Below are positions 41,879 through 52,384 of a stretch of 64,000 bases of DNA, one piece after another. The stretch's first letter is position 1; each line of letters starts with the position of its first letter. The notes under the pieces were generated by a model. The model was not told the origin of the DNA, searched no databases, and saw only the letters and a program-made list of their open reading frames with translations. Source of the DNA: Obrimoposthia wandeli (lineage: Eukaryota). The position numbers and the translations under genes were made by a program. The stretch is from assembly GCA_977020255.1 (NCBI GenBank), contig CDROCS010002866.1, forward strand, positions 124,001-188,000. The letters run 5' to 3'.

Positions 41879-43159
41879 CTAACCTTTTAAGTACTGCGCC
41901 AGCTCTTCTTGTAGTACTGATAATTCGTTTTCTGCTTTCTCTTTAGATTTTCCTTTCATCGAAGATAGTGCCGTTGCTTTCTCTGCCACTAACAACTGTG
42001 CAGCCGTCGCTTGATCATCGCTATTAGCGACTTCTTCTAGCACTTTTTTTAACTGCATTAAAATGCCACGGCGCCTGCCTTGAGCAGCACGATCTAATGC
42101 TTCAGCGCTTTTTTCTTTTTTGACTTTTACCGCTTGCTCAGTTTCAACAAAAGGTAAAGGGCGAATTCCTGCAGCGATACGCACTTCATCCATAAAAGGA
42201 GCTGAAATTTTTCTCGCTTTATCAGCGCCTTTTAGTAATACAGATTCAACAAAAGGCAAATCAAGCATCAAGCGCTTATATTCTTCTCTTGGTGTTGCCA
42301 GTTTTGCATCTAAAAACTCAAACAATTCTTTTTTAGCATCTCCCCAGGCAATACCATTGGCAAACTGATCACGCATATAAGCGGCTTCATCTTGATTTGC
42401 AAAACAGTTATATAGCTGAAAAACAGTGCTATTTGAGGGGTCTTTAGCTTCGCCAGGTAATTTTGAATCAGTATCAATTTGTTTAATCAGTTTATATAGT
42501 TCATCAGGCTCACTAAACAGTGGCAATGTATTGTCGTAACTCTTCGACATTTTACGTCCGTCAAGCCCCGGAATAAGCTGGGTCTGTTCATCAACTTGCG
42601 CATCAGGTAAGTTGAACAACTTTTTATAGGTACTATTAAAGCTCCCTGCTATATCTCTTGTCATTTCAATGTGTTGAATCTGATCTTTACCTACAGGCAC
42701 GATATCTGCGTTAAACATCAAAATATCAGCTGCCATCAGCATTGGGTAACTAAACAATCCCATGGTGATGCCATCATCTAATTCAGCTTTACCAGCGCTC
42801 TGGTTGGCATCTACAGACGCTTTATAGGCGTGCGATCGATTCATTAACCCTTTTGACGTCATACAGGTTAAAATCCAAGTGAGCTCTGGAATTTCAGGAA
42901 TATCACTTTGGCGATAAAAAGTCGCTTTATCGGTATCTAAACCCATTGCCAACCAAGTTGCCGCTATTTCTCTTGAAGATTTCGCTACTCGTTGCGGGTC
43001 ACGACATTTAATTAATGCGTGATAATCAGCTAAAAAGAAGAAGCTTTCGTTATCTGAATTCTCACTCGCCTCTATTGCAGGCTTTATTGCGCCTAAATAA
43101 TTCCCTATATGAGGTGTTCCCGTGGTGGTAATACCAGTTAATACTGTTTTCTTTGACAT
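41879..43159 (-). CDS. trpS: Tryptophan--tRNA ligase with C-terminal extension
   Basis: TGTPHIGNY (HIGH), VPVGKDQIQH and KMSKS; about 90 extra C-terminal residues. Confidence 0.96.
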   Translation of the reverse strand: MSKKTVLTGITTTGTPHIGNYLGAIKPAIEASENSDNESFFFLADYHALIKCRDPQRVAKSSREIAATWLAMGLDTDKATFYRQSDIPEIPELTWILTCMTSKGLMNRSHAYKASVDANQSAGKAELDDGITMGLFSYPMLMAADILMFNADIVPVGKDQIQHIEMTRDIAGSFNSTYKKLFNLPDAQVDEQTQLIPGLDGRKMSKSYDNTLPLFSEPDELYKLIKQIDTDSKLPGEAKDPSNSTVFQLYNCFANQDEAAYMRDQFANGIAWGDAKKELFEFLDAKLATPREEYKRLMLDLPFVESVLLKGADKARKISAPFMDEVRIAAGIRPLPFVETEQAVKVKKEKSAEALDRAAQGRRRGILMQLKKVLEEVANSDDQATAAQLLVAEKATALSSMKGKSKEKAENELSVLQEELAQYLKG

Positions 43160-43484
43160 ATAAATCCCTTAACAACTTCATTTAATGAAGTTAATTTTAA
43201 TCATTGCAGCATCATACACTAGGAGTAAGAGCGACTTAACGCTATTTTTTATCGAAATGTGTAAATGTTATATTTATCAATTCTGATCTTAGAAATTCTT
43301 TATTTCTTGTCGGTGTCCACTCAAAATGCACTAATAACTAAGTCTTTTATATTTTATTTATATAGTGGCCACTACTTAAATTTCAATCACTGAAAGTAAA
43401 TGTGTAGTAATATTTTTATAATTACTTTAATCCTTTATTAACTAGTGTTACAAAGGGCACTTGATTTACTAGAAGGTAAAATGA

Positions 43485-44279
43485 ATGCAAATTGTTATAT
43501 CACCCGCCAAAACGTTAGATTTCGAAACGCCAGCTATTACTGATACCTACAGCCAAGCAGGATTTCTGGATAAGTCGCAGGCTTTAATTGACACATTAGA
43601 AAAGAAATCTGTTCAAGATGTAGCGACTCTTATGAAACTGAGTGACAAACTCGCTGCATTAAACGTGGCACGCTTCGGCTCTTGGCAATTACCTTTTACC
43701 CCGCAAAACGCTAAGCAAGCAATATTAGCTTTCAAAGGTGATGTATATACAGGTTTAGACGCACAGACGCTAAATGAAGAAGATTTCAGCTTTGCTCAAA
43801 AACATTTACGCATCCTCTCCGGCCTGTATGGCCTGTTACAACCGTTAGATTTAATCCAACCTTATCGCTTAGAAATGGGTACCAAACTAAAGCAGCAACA
43901 CCAAGACAATTTATATCAGTTTTGGGGCGAGACCTTGACTAAACAAATAAACCAAAACACTGACCAACTCAGCTTAGACAGCAATGACCAAGCAGTACTC
44001 ATTAATTTAGCTTCTAACGAATACTTTAAAGCGGTGCAACCCAAAGCGCTTAAAGCGCGTTTGATCACCCCTATTTTCAAAGATCAAAAGAACGGCCAAT
44101 ACAAAATTATCAGTTTTTTTGCTAAAAAAGCACGAGGCATGATGGTGCGTTACATTATCGACAAGCGCATTACTGATGCCAACTTATTAAAAGAGTTTGA
44201 TTACGCAGGATATTATTATAGCGCTGAACTCTCATCTGCAAATGACTGGGTCTTTTTAAGAGCAGAGCAAGCTACATAA
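43485..44279 (+). CDS. yaaA: Peroxide stress protein YaaA
   Basis: [35 protein letters not shown] and AKKARG. Confidence 0.95.
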   Translation: MQIVISPAKTLDFETPAITDTYSQAGFLDKSQALIDTLEKKSVQDVATLMKLSDKLAALNVARFGSWQLPFTPQNAKQAILAFKGDVYTGLDAQTLNEEDFSFAQKHLRILSGLYGLLQPLDLIQPYRLEMGTKLKQQHQDNLYQFWGETLTKQINQNTDQLSLDSNDQAVLINLASNEYFKAVQPKALKARLITPIFKDQKNGQYKIISFFAKKARGMMVRYIIDKRITDANLLKEFDYAGYYYSAELSSANDWVFLRAEQAT

Positions 44280-44746
44280 TCTTGCTTGCGATGAAAGCTG
44301 CTGCTTAAAGTAGTAGCCTTTTTGGTAATAAGTAGACTGATCAATCAATATCAAGCGATTTGTGCAAATCTATCTTTTTTGCTTCTTAACATTTGCAATT
44401 AACATCACTTATTGCATAGCGGGTTCAGCTAAAGGCAAATTACCTATAACAAAAACTATATACCTGTAAGTCTAGAGCCAACCGCACATTGATGGTGCAA
44501 TCTCGGCCTACAAAATATGGTAAGTTTTTAAACTTACCAAGGATGTTTTCCTTAATCAGCAATGCGCAGAATCAATTAAGTTAATACCGAGAATAGAGCC
44601 TATAGGCTGAGCTTTTCGATCATATCCATATCTTCATTAGCTGGTTTTTGATTCTTAATAAAACTAGCATTAGCATCAAATAATAACCATAACTCAGCAT
44701 AATCTTTACTTTTGTAAACCGAAAATTTTTCTTTTCTTTTCTTTCC

Positions 44747-44771
44747 TATTGTATTGTATTGTATTGTATTG
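44747..44771. repeat. (TATTG)5 microsatellite next to (TTTTC)3
   Basis: Read directly from the sequence. Confidence 0.9.
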
Positions 44772-45042
44772 AAGCTTTATGCATGCGATTCAATTCATCG
44801 AGTTATGTCAGGGCTCTTCGTATAACTGAAATAATATTTTTTAGTAAGCTCAAATAATTAACGATTAACAAGATAGATGCGACGGCATCCTTGCGCTATA
44901 ACATTGTAGTTATGTATTACGCAGCCTATACGCTTTTTTGCACGCTAGTAACTCAGCTAACCCTTGAATTGTCATGAAATCAAGGTAACCTTACGCTCTT
45001 ATATTTTATTCACTTTTTCAGTTTCTATTTGAGAGGACAGGT

Positions 45043-46299
45043 TTGAAATTATCAGCTTTTGGTGAAAAATTTTCTGCGCGCTCTGGCGCCGTAGAACTCA
45101 TGGACGATTTAGGCAATGCTTTACATGAAAATCCTGACGCCATCGTAATGGGGGGCGGCAACCCAGGGCAAATTCCAGCCATGGAAGCAGTGTTCCAGCA
45201 ACGCTTACAAACATTAATTGACGACCCAAAGCAACGTCATCAATTATTGGGACGCTATCAATCACCTCAAGGTGAAAAACATTTTTTACAAGAGATGGCG
45301 AGTTTTTTAAAACGTAAATTCAACTGGCAGCTCACTGCACGTAATATCGCAGTATCCAACGGTAGCCAAAGCGCTTTCTTCATTCTTTACAACATGTTCG
45401 CTGGCAAAATGAGTGATGAAAGCCATCGCTCTATCCATTTGCCTCTATCACCTGAATACTTAGGCTATGCAGATCTTGGCACCAGCGATAACTTCTTTAC
45501 GGCTACACAGCCAAACATCGATTTATTGGATAATGACGAGTTTAAGTACCGCGTTAATTTTGATCAATTAAACTTAGATGACTCAATCGCAGCACTTTGT
45601 GTATCTAGGCCCACCAACCCTACTGGAAATGTTCTAACTGACAATGAAATTGCTCATTTAGATCAAATTGCTCAAGAGCAAAAAATTCCTTTCATCATCG
45701 ACGGTGCATACGGATTACCTTTTCCCAGCATCATTTTTAATGACGCAAAACCGCACTGGAATGAGAATACTATTTTAGTATTAAGCCTGTCTAAGCTTGG
45801 TTTACCAGGTGTGCGCACCGGCATTATTATCGCCAGTGAAGAAATAATTCAAGCTTATAATAATAGTAATACTGTGCTCAATTTAGCTTGCGGTACCTTA
45901 GGCCCAGCTATTTGCCAGCCTTTGTTTGCTAATAATCAAATCACGTCTCTAAGCGAGCAACATATTACCCCCTTCTATCAACAGCGCTCAACTTTAGCGG
46001 CGAACTTATTTAAACAGCAACTACAAGGCCTACCGTTTAGATTACACAAACCTGAAGGCGCTATATTCTTATGGTTATGGTTTAAAGATTTACCAATAAC
46101 AAGTGAAGCTCTGTATCAAAGGTTAAAGAAGCGCGGTGTGATTGTGGTTCCAGGGCATAATTTCTTTGTGGGTATCAATGAAAACTGGCAACACAAAAAT
46201 GAGTGTATTCGGGTCTCTTACGCAGGTGAGGAAACTACTGTAAAGCAAGGTATTGCTATTATTGCCGATGAAGTTAGAAGGTTATATAACGAAGGCTAA
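45043..46299 (+). CDS. avtA: Valine--pyruvate transaminase
   Basis: MGGGNP, SNGSQSAFF, SRPTNPTGN and LSLSKLGLPG.RTG PLP motif; TTG start. Confidence 0.94.
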   Translation: MKLSAFGEKFSARSGAVELMDDLGNALHENPDAIVMGGGNPGQIPAMEAVFQQRLQTLIDDPKQRHQLLGRYQSPQGEKHFLQEMASFLKRKFNWQLTARNIAVSNGSQSAFFILYNMFAGKMSDESHRSIHLPLSPEYLGYADLGTSDNFFTATQPNIDLLDNDEFKYRVNFDQLNLDDSIAALCVSRPTNPTGNVLTDNEIAHLDQIAQEQKIPFIIDGAYGLPFPSIIFNDAKPHWNENTILVLSLSKLGLPGVRTGIIIASEEIIQAYNNSNTVLNLACGTLGPAICQPLFANNQITSLSEQHITPFYQQRSTLAANLFKQQLQGLPFRLHKPEGAIFLWLWFKDLPITSEALYQRLKKRGVIVVPGHNFFVGINENWQHKNECIRVSYAGEETTVKQGIAIIADEVRRLYNEG

Positions 46300-46332
46300 T
46301 TGTAGTATACCCACTAAAAATCACCTTAAAAT

Positions 46333-46363
46333 AATAGAGCTGCTGTTAATTAGCAGCTCTATA
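46333..46363. terminator. Hairpin between convergent avtA and argC
   Basis: Arms atagagctgct / agcagctctat. Confidence 0.75.
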
Positions 46364-46390
46364 TTAAAACGATCCCAGCTAATAAATGTT

Positions 46391-47440
46391 TTAAGGGAAC
46401 ATAGGTTGCTGAGTTAAGCCTAATGTTTCTTCAAAACCAAACATAATATTCATATTTTGAATAGCTTGTCCGCTAGAGCCTTTAACTAAATTATCAAGTG
46501 TTGAAAATAATAATACTCGGCCATCAACCCGGTCTTTATGTGCTGATAACAAACACTGGTTTGAGCCTCTTACATATTGAGTGCCAATCCCAGCACCTTC
46601 CTCTAGTAATCTAACGAAAGGCTCATCTACATATGCTTGCTGCAATGCTTCACGCACATCTTGAATATTAGCCCCTGGCGCCAAATTAGCATAAGTTGAA
46701 ACGAACTCACCTCGGCTCATCGGTATCAAATGGGGAGTAAAACTCACCATCACATCTTCGCCTTGTGCGGCAGATAGCTCTTGTTCTATTTCAGGTGCAT
46801 GCCTGTGCCCTGCGACACCATACACACTCAGCCCTTCTCCTGCTTCTGCAAACAAAGTATTTTGCTTCAAGCCACGCCCTGCGCCTGTTAAACCTGATTT
46901 AGCATCAATAATCAGCGATTTAATATCTAACAACTGCGCTTTAAGCAATGGAATTAACATCATCAAAGCGGCGGTTGGATAACAACCTGGGCAAGCCACC
47001 AAATCGGCACTTTTGATCGAGTCTCTATAGTGTTCAGGCAAACCGTACACTGCTGATGCCTGTAACTGTGGAGCAAAGTGTTCGTGGCCGTACCATTGCT
47101 GATAAGTGTCAGTATCTCGTAATCTAAAATCAGCTGACAAATCGATTACTTTTACATGCTTGGGTAATGAAGCTACAATTTTTTGCGTAGTGCCGTGTGG
47201 CAGCCCGCAAAAAATCACATCTAATTTAGCCCAGTCGGCTTCTTCAATAGTAATTAAATTTGGTAAGTTCATACCTCCTAAATGGGGATAAACATCAGCA
47301 TAGCGTTTTCCAGCATGGCTATTAGCGGTCAGTACCGATAATTCCATAAAGGGATGTGCTGCACCAAGACGCACTAAATCAGCACCGGTATAACCGGAGG
47401 CTCCTAAAATACCTACTTTAATTTTATTATCTATCGACAT
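46391..47440 (-). CDS. argC: N-acetyl-gamma-glutamyl-phosphate reductase
   Basis: GASGYTG, DLSADFRL, CPGCYPT catalytic Cys, SGLTGAGR and DNLVKG. Confidence 0.96.
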   Translation of the reverse strand: MSIDNKIKVGILGASGYTGADLVRLGAAHPFMELSVLTANSHAGKRYADVYPHLGGMNLPNLITIEEADWAKLDVIFCGLPHGTTQKIVASLPKHVKVIDLSADFRLRDTDTYQQWYGHEHFAPQLQASAVYGLPEHYRDSIKSADLVACPGCYPTAALMMLIPLLKAQLLDIKSLIIDAKSGLTGAGRGLKQNTLFAEAGEGLSVYGVAGHRHAPEIEQELSAAQGEDVMVSFTPHLIPMSRGEFVSTYANLAPGANIQDVREALQQAYVDEPFVRLLEEGAGIGTQYVRGSNQCLLSAHKDRVDGRVLLFSTLDNLVKGSSGQAIQNMNIMFGFEETLGLTQQPMFP

Positions 47441-48008
47441 AAATCACTCGTTAACTGGTTACTCAATACCTATTTATCCAAACACTAAAGGCGCTGTAAA
47501 ATATCGTTATGGGGGGACATATCAACATCTTAATCTGTTAATAATCACCACCAAATCTATGCTTTTAAAGAAAGCAATGTGTTTGAAACAAAACTATTTT
47601 AATTAACGGGTATGATAATGACCTTTAAAGTATTTTGCTATGCATACACTTTCACTAAATACAGTAAAAAGTGATATTTATTTAAAAAACAGTCTTTAAA
47701 CATTTATTCCAACAAAATAGCTTAACCAGAACACTTCATAAAATTTTTTAGTATTATTAATGTAATTTCGATAATAGGCCTATTTTTATGATAGAAAACA
47801 CCTACTTAAAATCATAATATTGCTCTAAATATTCCTTTGTATACGCATCAAACTAGTTTATTACTGTCCGGTTAAAAATGGCAAGACCCCTGACTTTTTT
47901 GTCGCTTCCTATCACGGTTAAACTGACACTTTTCAGTAAAAAATATTTTAAATCAAATCAGATAAAATATTTAGAGACCATCTAAAATCAATCCAATCAA
48001 CAAATATA

Positions 48009-48611
48009 TTATTTTTCGGGCAATATTTTTTTCACTTGATCAAGTGCATTTTTTCCTATTTCTTTTGCGGTTTGTGTACCGTCTTTTACCAGTTCTTTAC
48101 TTTTAACAACAGCAGTAGTTGCCATTACTTTATCAATATTCTCGCTCAGCTTTTCAGTTACTTCGCCGCCAGCAACGGCTGCTTTTTGTAATGTTTCCTC
48201 AACGACTCCTGCACTGCCTTGTATTTTTTTTGCTGCGCTTTCGCTCAATTCACTCACGATCGCTTTACTATTAGTTAATACCTTAGCCGCGGCATCTTTT
48301 GCAATCTCAGTAACTTTTGCACTTGATTCAGTAATCACCGCTTTCGCCTCATTCACATTCTCTGCCAGTGTTTTTTTCGCATCTTTTTTACTAGGCTCAG
48401 CTTCAACTACTTCAGGTGTTTTAACGACTACAACTACCTTAGGAGCCTCTTCTACTGCATCAGCCTTAACACTCTGGCTACTTTTTTCAGCACTCGCACT
48501 TACTTCTCCATCGTTACTGGGCGCTCTTGACTCACTACAAGCACTAAGTAAAAACACGCAGCTCACTGTAATTAAGATACTAGTTAGTAATTTACTGACA
48601 GTTAAATTCAT
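48009..48611 (-). CDS. Low-complexity Ala/Lys/Glu-rich lipoprotein
   Basis: Lipobox LSAC after a hydrophobic signal; the rest looks like amphipathic helix. Confidence 0.75.
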   Translation of the reverse strand: MNLTVSKLLTSILITVSCVFLLSACSESRAPSNDGEVSASAEKSSQSVKADAVEEAPKVVVVVKTPEVVEAEPSKKDAKKTLAENVNEAKAVITESSAKVTEIAKDAAAKVLTNSKAIVSELSESAAKKIQGSAGVVEETLQKAAVAGGEVTEKLSENIDKVMATTAVVKSKELVKDGTQTAKEIGKNALDQVKKILPEK

Positions 48612-48649
48612 ATTAAATATCCTTGGTTGATATGCGTGATCATACCTGT

Positions 48650-49348
48650 TTAATTGGATGATTTTAGTTTAGCCTTTTGCAATGTCAAACTACTATTTGT
48701 TAGCTGTTGTAAGAAAACATCATCGTGGGAGATTACTAACATCGCTTGCTCTAAACTTTTTAGCACTGCTAACAAGTTCTCTTTAGCGTTGCTATCAAGC
48801 GCATTGGTCGGCTCATCCAATAATAATACTTTAGGCTGCATAACTAGCACTGAGGCTAAAGTCACCATACGTTTTTCACCACCTGATAACTGTGCAGCCA
48901 TTCGCGCACTTAAGTGCTGTAAGTTTAGCTTCGCTAACATTTTCTGTGCTTTTTGCTCAGCTTGCGCAACGCTCATCCCTTGATTTAAAGGACCAAACAT
49001 TACGTCCTCTAACACACTAGGGCAAAACAGTTGATCATCAGGATCTTGAAACACGAATCCTACTTGCTGCCTTAAAGCTACAAAATCAGCTTCAGATACA
49101 ACGCTTTTATTTTGATGAAAAATTTCACCACTTTGACGAGGAATCAAACCTGTTAACAAATGAAATAAAGTCGTTTTACCGGCACCATTTTCCCCGACAA
49201 GTGCCACTTTTTCACCACTGTTTAAGGCGAAAGACACTGCATCTAGCACTAACCCACGTTGCGGGTATTGATGAGTGAGGTTTTTCACTTCAAGTAACCC
49301 CTGCTTAGCAGTAGCCTCTAATACTAAACCATCATTCGTTTTTAACAC
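48650..49348 (-). CDS. cbiO: ECF transporter ATPase, CbiO/NikO type
   Basis: GENGAGKTT, FQDPDDQLFCP, LSGGEK and LLLDEPT. Confidence 0.9.
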   Translation of the reverse strand: MLKTNDGLVLEATAKQGLLEVKNLTHQYPQRGLVLDAVSFALNSGEKVALVGENGAGKTTLFHLLTGLIPRQSGEIFHQNKSVVSEADFVALRQQVGFVFQDPDDQLFCPSVLEDVMFGPLNQGMSVAQAEQKAQKMLAKLNLQHLSARMAAQLSGGEKRMVTLASVLVMQPKVLLLDEPTNALDSNAKENLLAVLKSLEQAMLVISHDDVFLQQLTNSSLTLQKAKLKSSN

Positions 49349-49360
49349 TTAGTAGTCTCT

Positions 49361-50143
49361 TTAAAAAAGTAGGTTTAAAATAATAATTAACAACGCTAAA
49401 CCAAGCATACCAATACAGAACACACTATCACGTCGCTGCCAGCACATTGCATAGTAGTGGTTAAGTTTGCCGTCATAACCACGACACTTCATTGCTTTAA
49501 CGACTCGTTCTGACCTTTGCACTGACTTTAACAACATCATAGCAATTAAAAACCCTACGCTTTTCCAAGTATGCCAGTTAAACTTCATCACAAAAGCACG
49601 GGCACGCATAGCACGGCGTAGTTTTTGGTATTCTTGCTCTATTACGGTTAAATAGCGCAAGGTGAATAGTAGTAGTTGAATTAGCTTCTCTGACACTCTT
49701 AACTCACTGAGCGCTCCAGCCAAAGCACTATGTGATAAATTACTCACCAGAGAAAATAGCATTATAATAACTGAATTTGCTTTAAGCGTTATCTGCACTG
49801 CTTGCTCTAACCCTTGCCAACTCGCAGCCAACCCAAATAGATGCATAAAGGCATCACCTGGCACCGTAAATGGCAACAAAACCAATAGGTAAAGCATAAA
49901 CATATCCATCGCTAATAAGCGTTTAAGGGTATGCCTTACATCCAACTTTACCTGATACGCACAAAAAACCGCACTGCATAAAGCGATAACTAAAGGTAAT
50001 AGTTGCTCACTTAATACCACCACTATCGCGAACATTAGCGCGCAGCAAATCCGCGCCCTAGGATCTAGTTGTTGGATAAAGTAGTTTTTTTGCAACACGC
50101 TAAAATCACCCATTAATTGTGTCGATACATGTTTGTCTGACAC
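49361..50143 (-). CDS. cbiQ: ECF transporter T component, CbiQ/NikQ type
   Basis: LDPRARI, FTLRYL, AMRARAF and AMKCRGY motifs. Confidence 0.9.
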   Translation of the reverse strand: MSDKHVSTQLMGDFSVLQKNYFIQQLDPRARICCALMFAIVVVLSEQLLPLVIALCSAVFCAYQVKLDVRHTLKRLLAMDMFMLYLLVLLPFTVPGDAFMHLFGLAASWQGLEQAVQITLKANSVIIMLFSLVSNLSHSALAGALSELRVSEKLIQLLLFTLRYLTVIEQEYQKLRRAMRARAFVMKFNWHTWKSVGFLIAMMLLKSVQRSERVVKAMKCRGYDGKLNHYYAMCWQRRDSVFCIGMLGLALLIIILNLLF

Positions 50144-50405
50144 GCCAGTAAGCCCTGCAAAAATAATGAGCGCGTATTATCCTCGATTCACTGATAAGTG
50201 GCAAAACAATTGCGCTACATTCTTGTTCTTTACGCTTCACCTTTTTATTAATATGCATACTTCACTGACAGTGCTTTAACTACTTACCTGATTAAACCTA
50301 AGTTCCCTGCTTCTCACTGCACAAATGACTTGCTGTTCATTGTCGATACCTTAAAATGTGGCATCGATTTAAACTAAGCCGTCATTTTTCAAAGAGAGCA
50401 TTCAC

Positions 50406-51470
50406 GTGGAATTAAAAAATTTAGTTATTCGCGAGTTACAAGTTAACGAAGGCCAGCAACCTTTTATTAGTGATATTGGGGGTTCTTGTAATACTGATAA
50501 TCCATTCGCTCAAGAAACAGTTGCTTCTTTAAACAATGCCTTAGCGCGCCGCGCTACTTTAACTCACGGCGCTTTTAATGATGAGAACGAAGAGGGCTTA
50601 GTTTTCATTAAGGCTTTTGAGCAATATATTCAAACAGAGCAATCTTCTGATGATTTCTTAACTTTAGCAGATGTTGGTATTGATCAACTAGCAATAGCAA
50701 TGCACAAAGTTTCTATTGAATCGGCTAGTGGTGGCTATGTCATTTTTTCGCAGTTTCAAGATGAGAAGTTTGAATACTTATTGGTAGGCTTAGTGACTAA
50801 CCGTACTGGTATTTCATTTAATGAAGATTTAAACCCTACCCAAATACGTGAAGTTGATTTAGGCAAGTTACATCAAGCCGCTAAGATAAATATCACTTCA
50901 TACAGTTTACAAAAAGATAGCTATTTAAGCTTTATGGGCGGCAAAGATAAAGCAGACGCTGCTTTTTTCGCCAATGCATTTGGCTGCACCGATGTGATTG
51001 CTTCAAAAAAATGCACGAGCGAAATAATTCGAGCAGCACGTGATTTCTGCAGCCAAAACAGTATGGAAGAAAAGCGTGAACAGGTTGTAGAAGATGTCGT
51101 TAGCTACTTAAGCGGCCAGCGCAGTGACAAACAAAACGCTAACTTGCTTGATGTAGAGCAAATTCTAAATAGCCATGTGGCTAGCGAGCAAGCTGAAGAA
51201 CTATCTGGCACCTTTGGTAAATTTGCCAATGGCAGCGAATACAGTGTTTCACAAGAATTCCAACCACATAACCATACTTTAACAGCGATTACAAAAGTCA
51301 AAGCGAAAGCGGACAATTGGTCACTTGATTTTGCCAAAAAATCCCTAGGGGCAGCGGGTTCTGGTAAAGATGTGGAATTTGATGAACAAACAAATAGCAT
51401 TATACTAAAGCGCTTACCAAGCCGGGTTATTGAGCAGATTAAGCAAGCAATGCTTAATGATGAAGAGTAA
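50406..51470 (+). CDS. Nucleoid-associated protein, NdpA/YejK family
   Basis: SGGYVIF, LDLGKLHQAAKINI-like motif, YLSF.GG and FGC pattern; 354 aa. Confidence 0.85.
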   Translation: MELKNLVIRELQVNEGQQPFISDIGGSCNTDNPFAQETVASLNNALARRATLTHGAFNDENEEGLVFIKAFEQYIQTEQSSDDFLTLADVGIDQLAIAMHKVSIESASGGYVIFSQFQDEKFEYLLVGLVTNRTGISFNEDLNPTQIREVDLGKLHQAAKINITSYSLQKDSYLSFMGGKDKADAAFFANAFGCTDVIASKKCTSEIIRAARDFCSQNSMEEKREQVVEDVVSYLSGQRSDKQNANLLDVEQILNSHVASEQAEELSGTFGKFANGSEYSVSQEFQPHNHTLTAITKVKAKADNWSLDFAKKSLGAAGSGKDVEFDEQTNSIILKRLPSRVIEQIKQAMLNDEE

Positions 51471-51625
51471 CGTTTGAACTTATTTAACCACTGCAAACAG
51501 TTGGCGTAAGTCTCTATTTATTTAGATGTGATTAAGATATTTTAGCTGTTTAGTTTTTCTAAATTAGCGCATTTTTAATCACCGTAATTGCTTTGACCCA
51601 TTTCTTTTTACCCTTTGGAATTTCT

Positions 51626-52384
51626 ATGAAGAGTCTCATTAAATTGAGTGTTGTCTCTGGTTTGTTTTACGCCCTTTTAACACCTATCGCCGCTGCAGAT
51701 GTACTATCTGTTCACTGCCCAAATGGCTGCCCTAGCAACCCTGATGATAACGATTTAGTGTTTGCACACCTCTACGCCTTATCCAACAACCCTGACACAA
51801 AATTTGCCGATTGGGTTGCTTATGAAGTGAGCCCTACTAATTTTGGAACAACCCCTGGAAGAGTGTGGAAAAGCGACCCTCTTTTAGACAGCGAAGATAC
51901 CTTAGAAAAAGCAGACTACAAAAGCGCTAACAGTAGCCTATTACATGCAGACAGAGGGCATCAAGCACCTTTAGCCTCTTTTGCTGGCTCGAAATACTGG
52001 TTTGAACTCAATCGTTTAAGTAATATCACTCCACAAAACAAGGAGCTAAACCAAGGGCCTTGGAAGAACTTAGAAGATGCTGTGCGTACTGCTGCAACTT
52101 ATCGAAAATCACTGTTTGTGATAACAGGCCCACTGTTTAACCAAACAATGCCCTCTTTACCCGCCTCAGATGAGCCACACAAAGTGCCTGCTGGTTACTT
52201 TAAAGTTATCTATGATAGTGCCGGCAATAGTAGTAGCTTTATCATGCAGCAAAGCGCTAAACGTAACGATGATTACTGCAACAAAAGAGCCAACGCTGAG
52301 CAAATGCAGGGGTTAATCAATTTCACCTTACCTGCCTTTAAAGATAATGATGTCATTTATAAACGCTTAGGCTGCGTTAGTTAA
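51626..52384 (+). CDS. Secreted DNA/RNA non-specific endonuclease (NucA-like)
   Basis: Signal peptide, ADWVAY, DRGH catalytic motif, LSNITPQ...LNQGPW and VITGP. Confidence 0.92.
   Translation: MKSLIKLSVVSGLFYALLTPIAAADVLSVHCPNGCPSNPDDNDLVFAHLYALSNNPDTKFADWVAYEVSPTNFGTTPGRVWKSDPLLDSEDTLEKADYKSANSSLLHADRGHQAPLASFAGSKYWFELNRLSNITPQNKELNQGPWKNLEDAVRTAATYRKSLFVITGPLFNQTMPSLPASDEPHKVPAGYFKVIYDSAGNSSSFIMQQSAKRNDDYCNKRANAEQMQGLINFTLPAFKDNDVIYKRLGCVS

Noticed and set aside
44747-44771. Short tandem repeats as a CRISPR array
   Set aside because: It is a 5-bp microsatellite with no spacers, and there are no cas genes in the window.
47639-47656. ARG-box-like sequence (minus strand AGTGAAAGTGTATGCATA) about 200 bp upstream of argC
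   Set aside because: A single imperfect box in very AT-rich DNA, and the ArgR type of this host is unknown.
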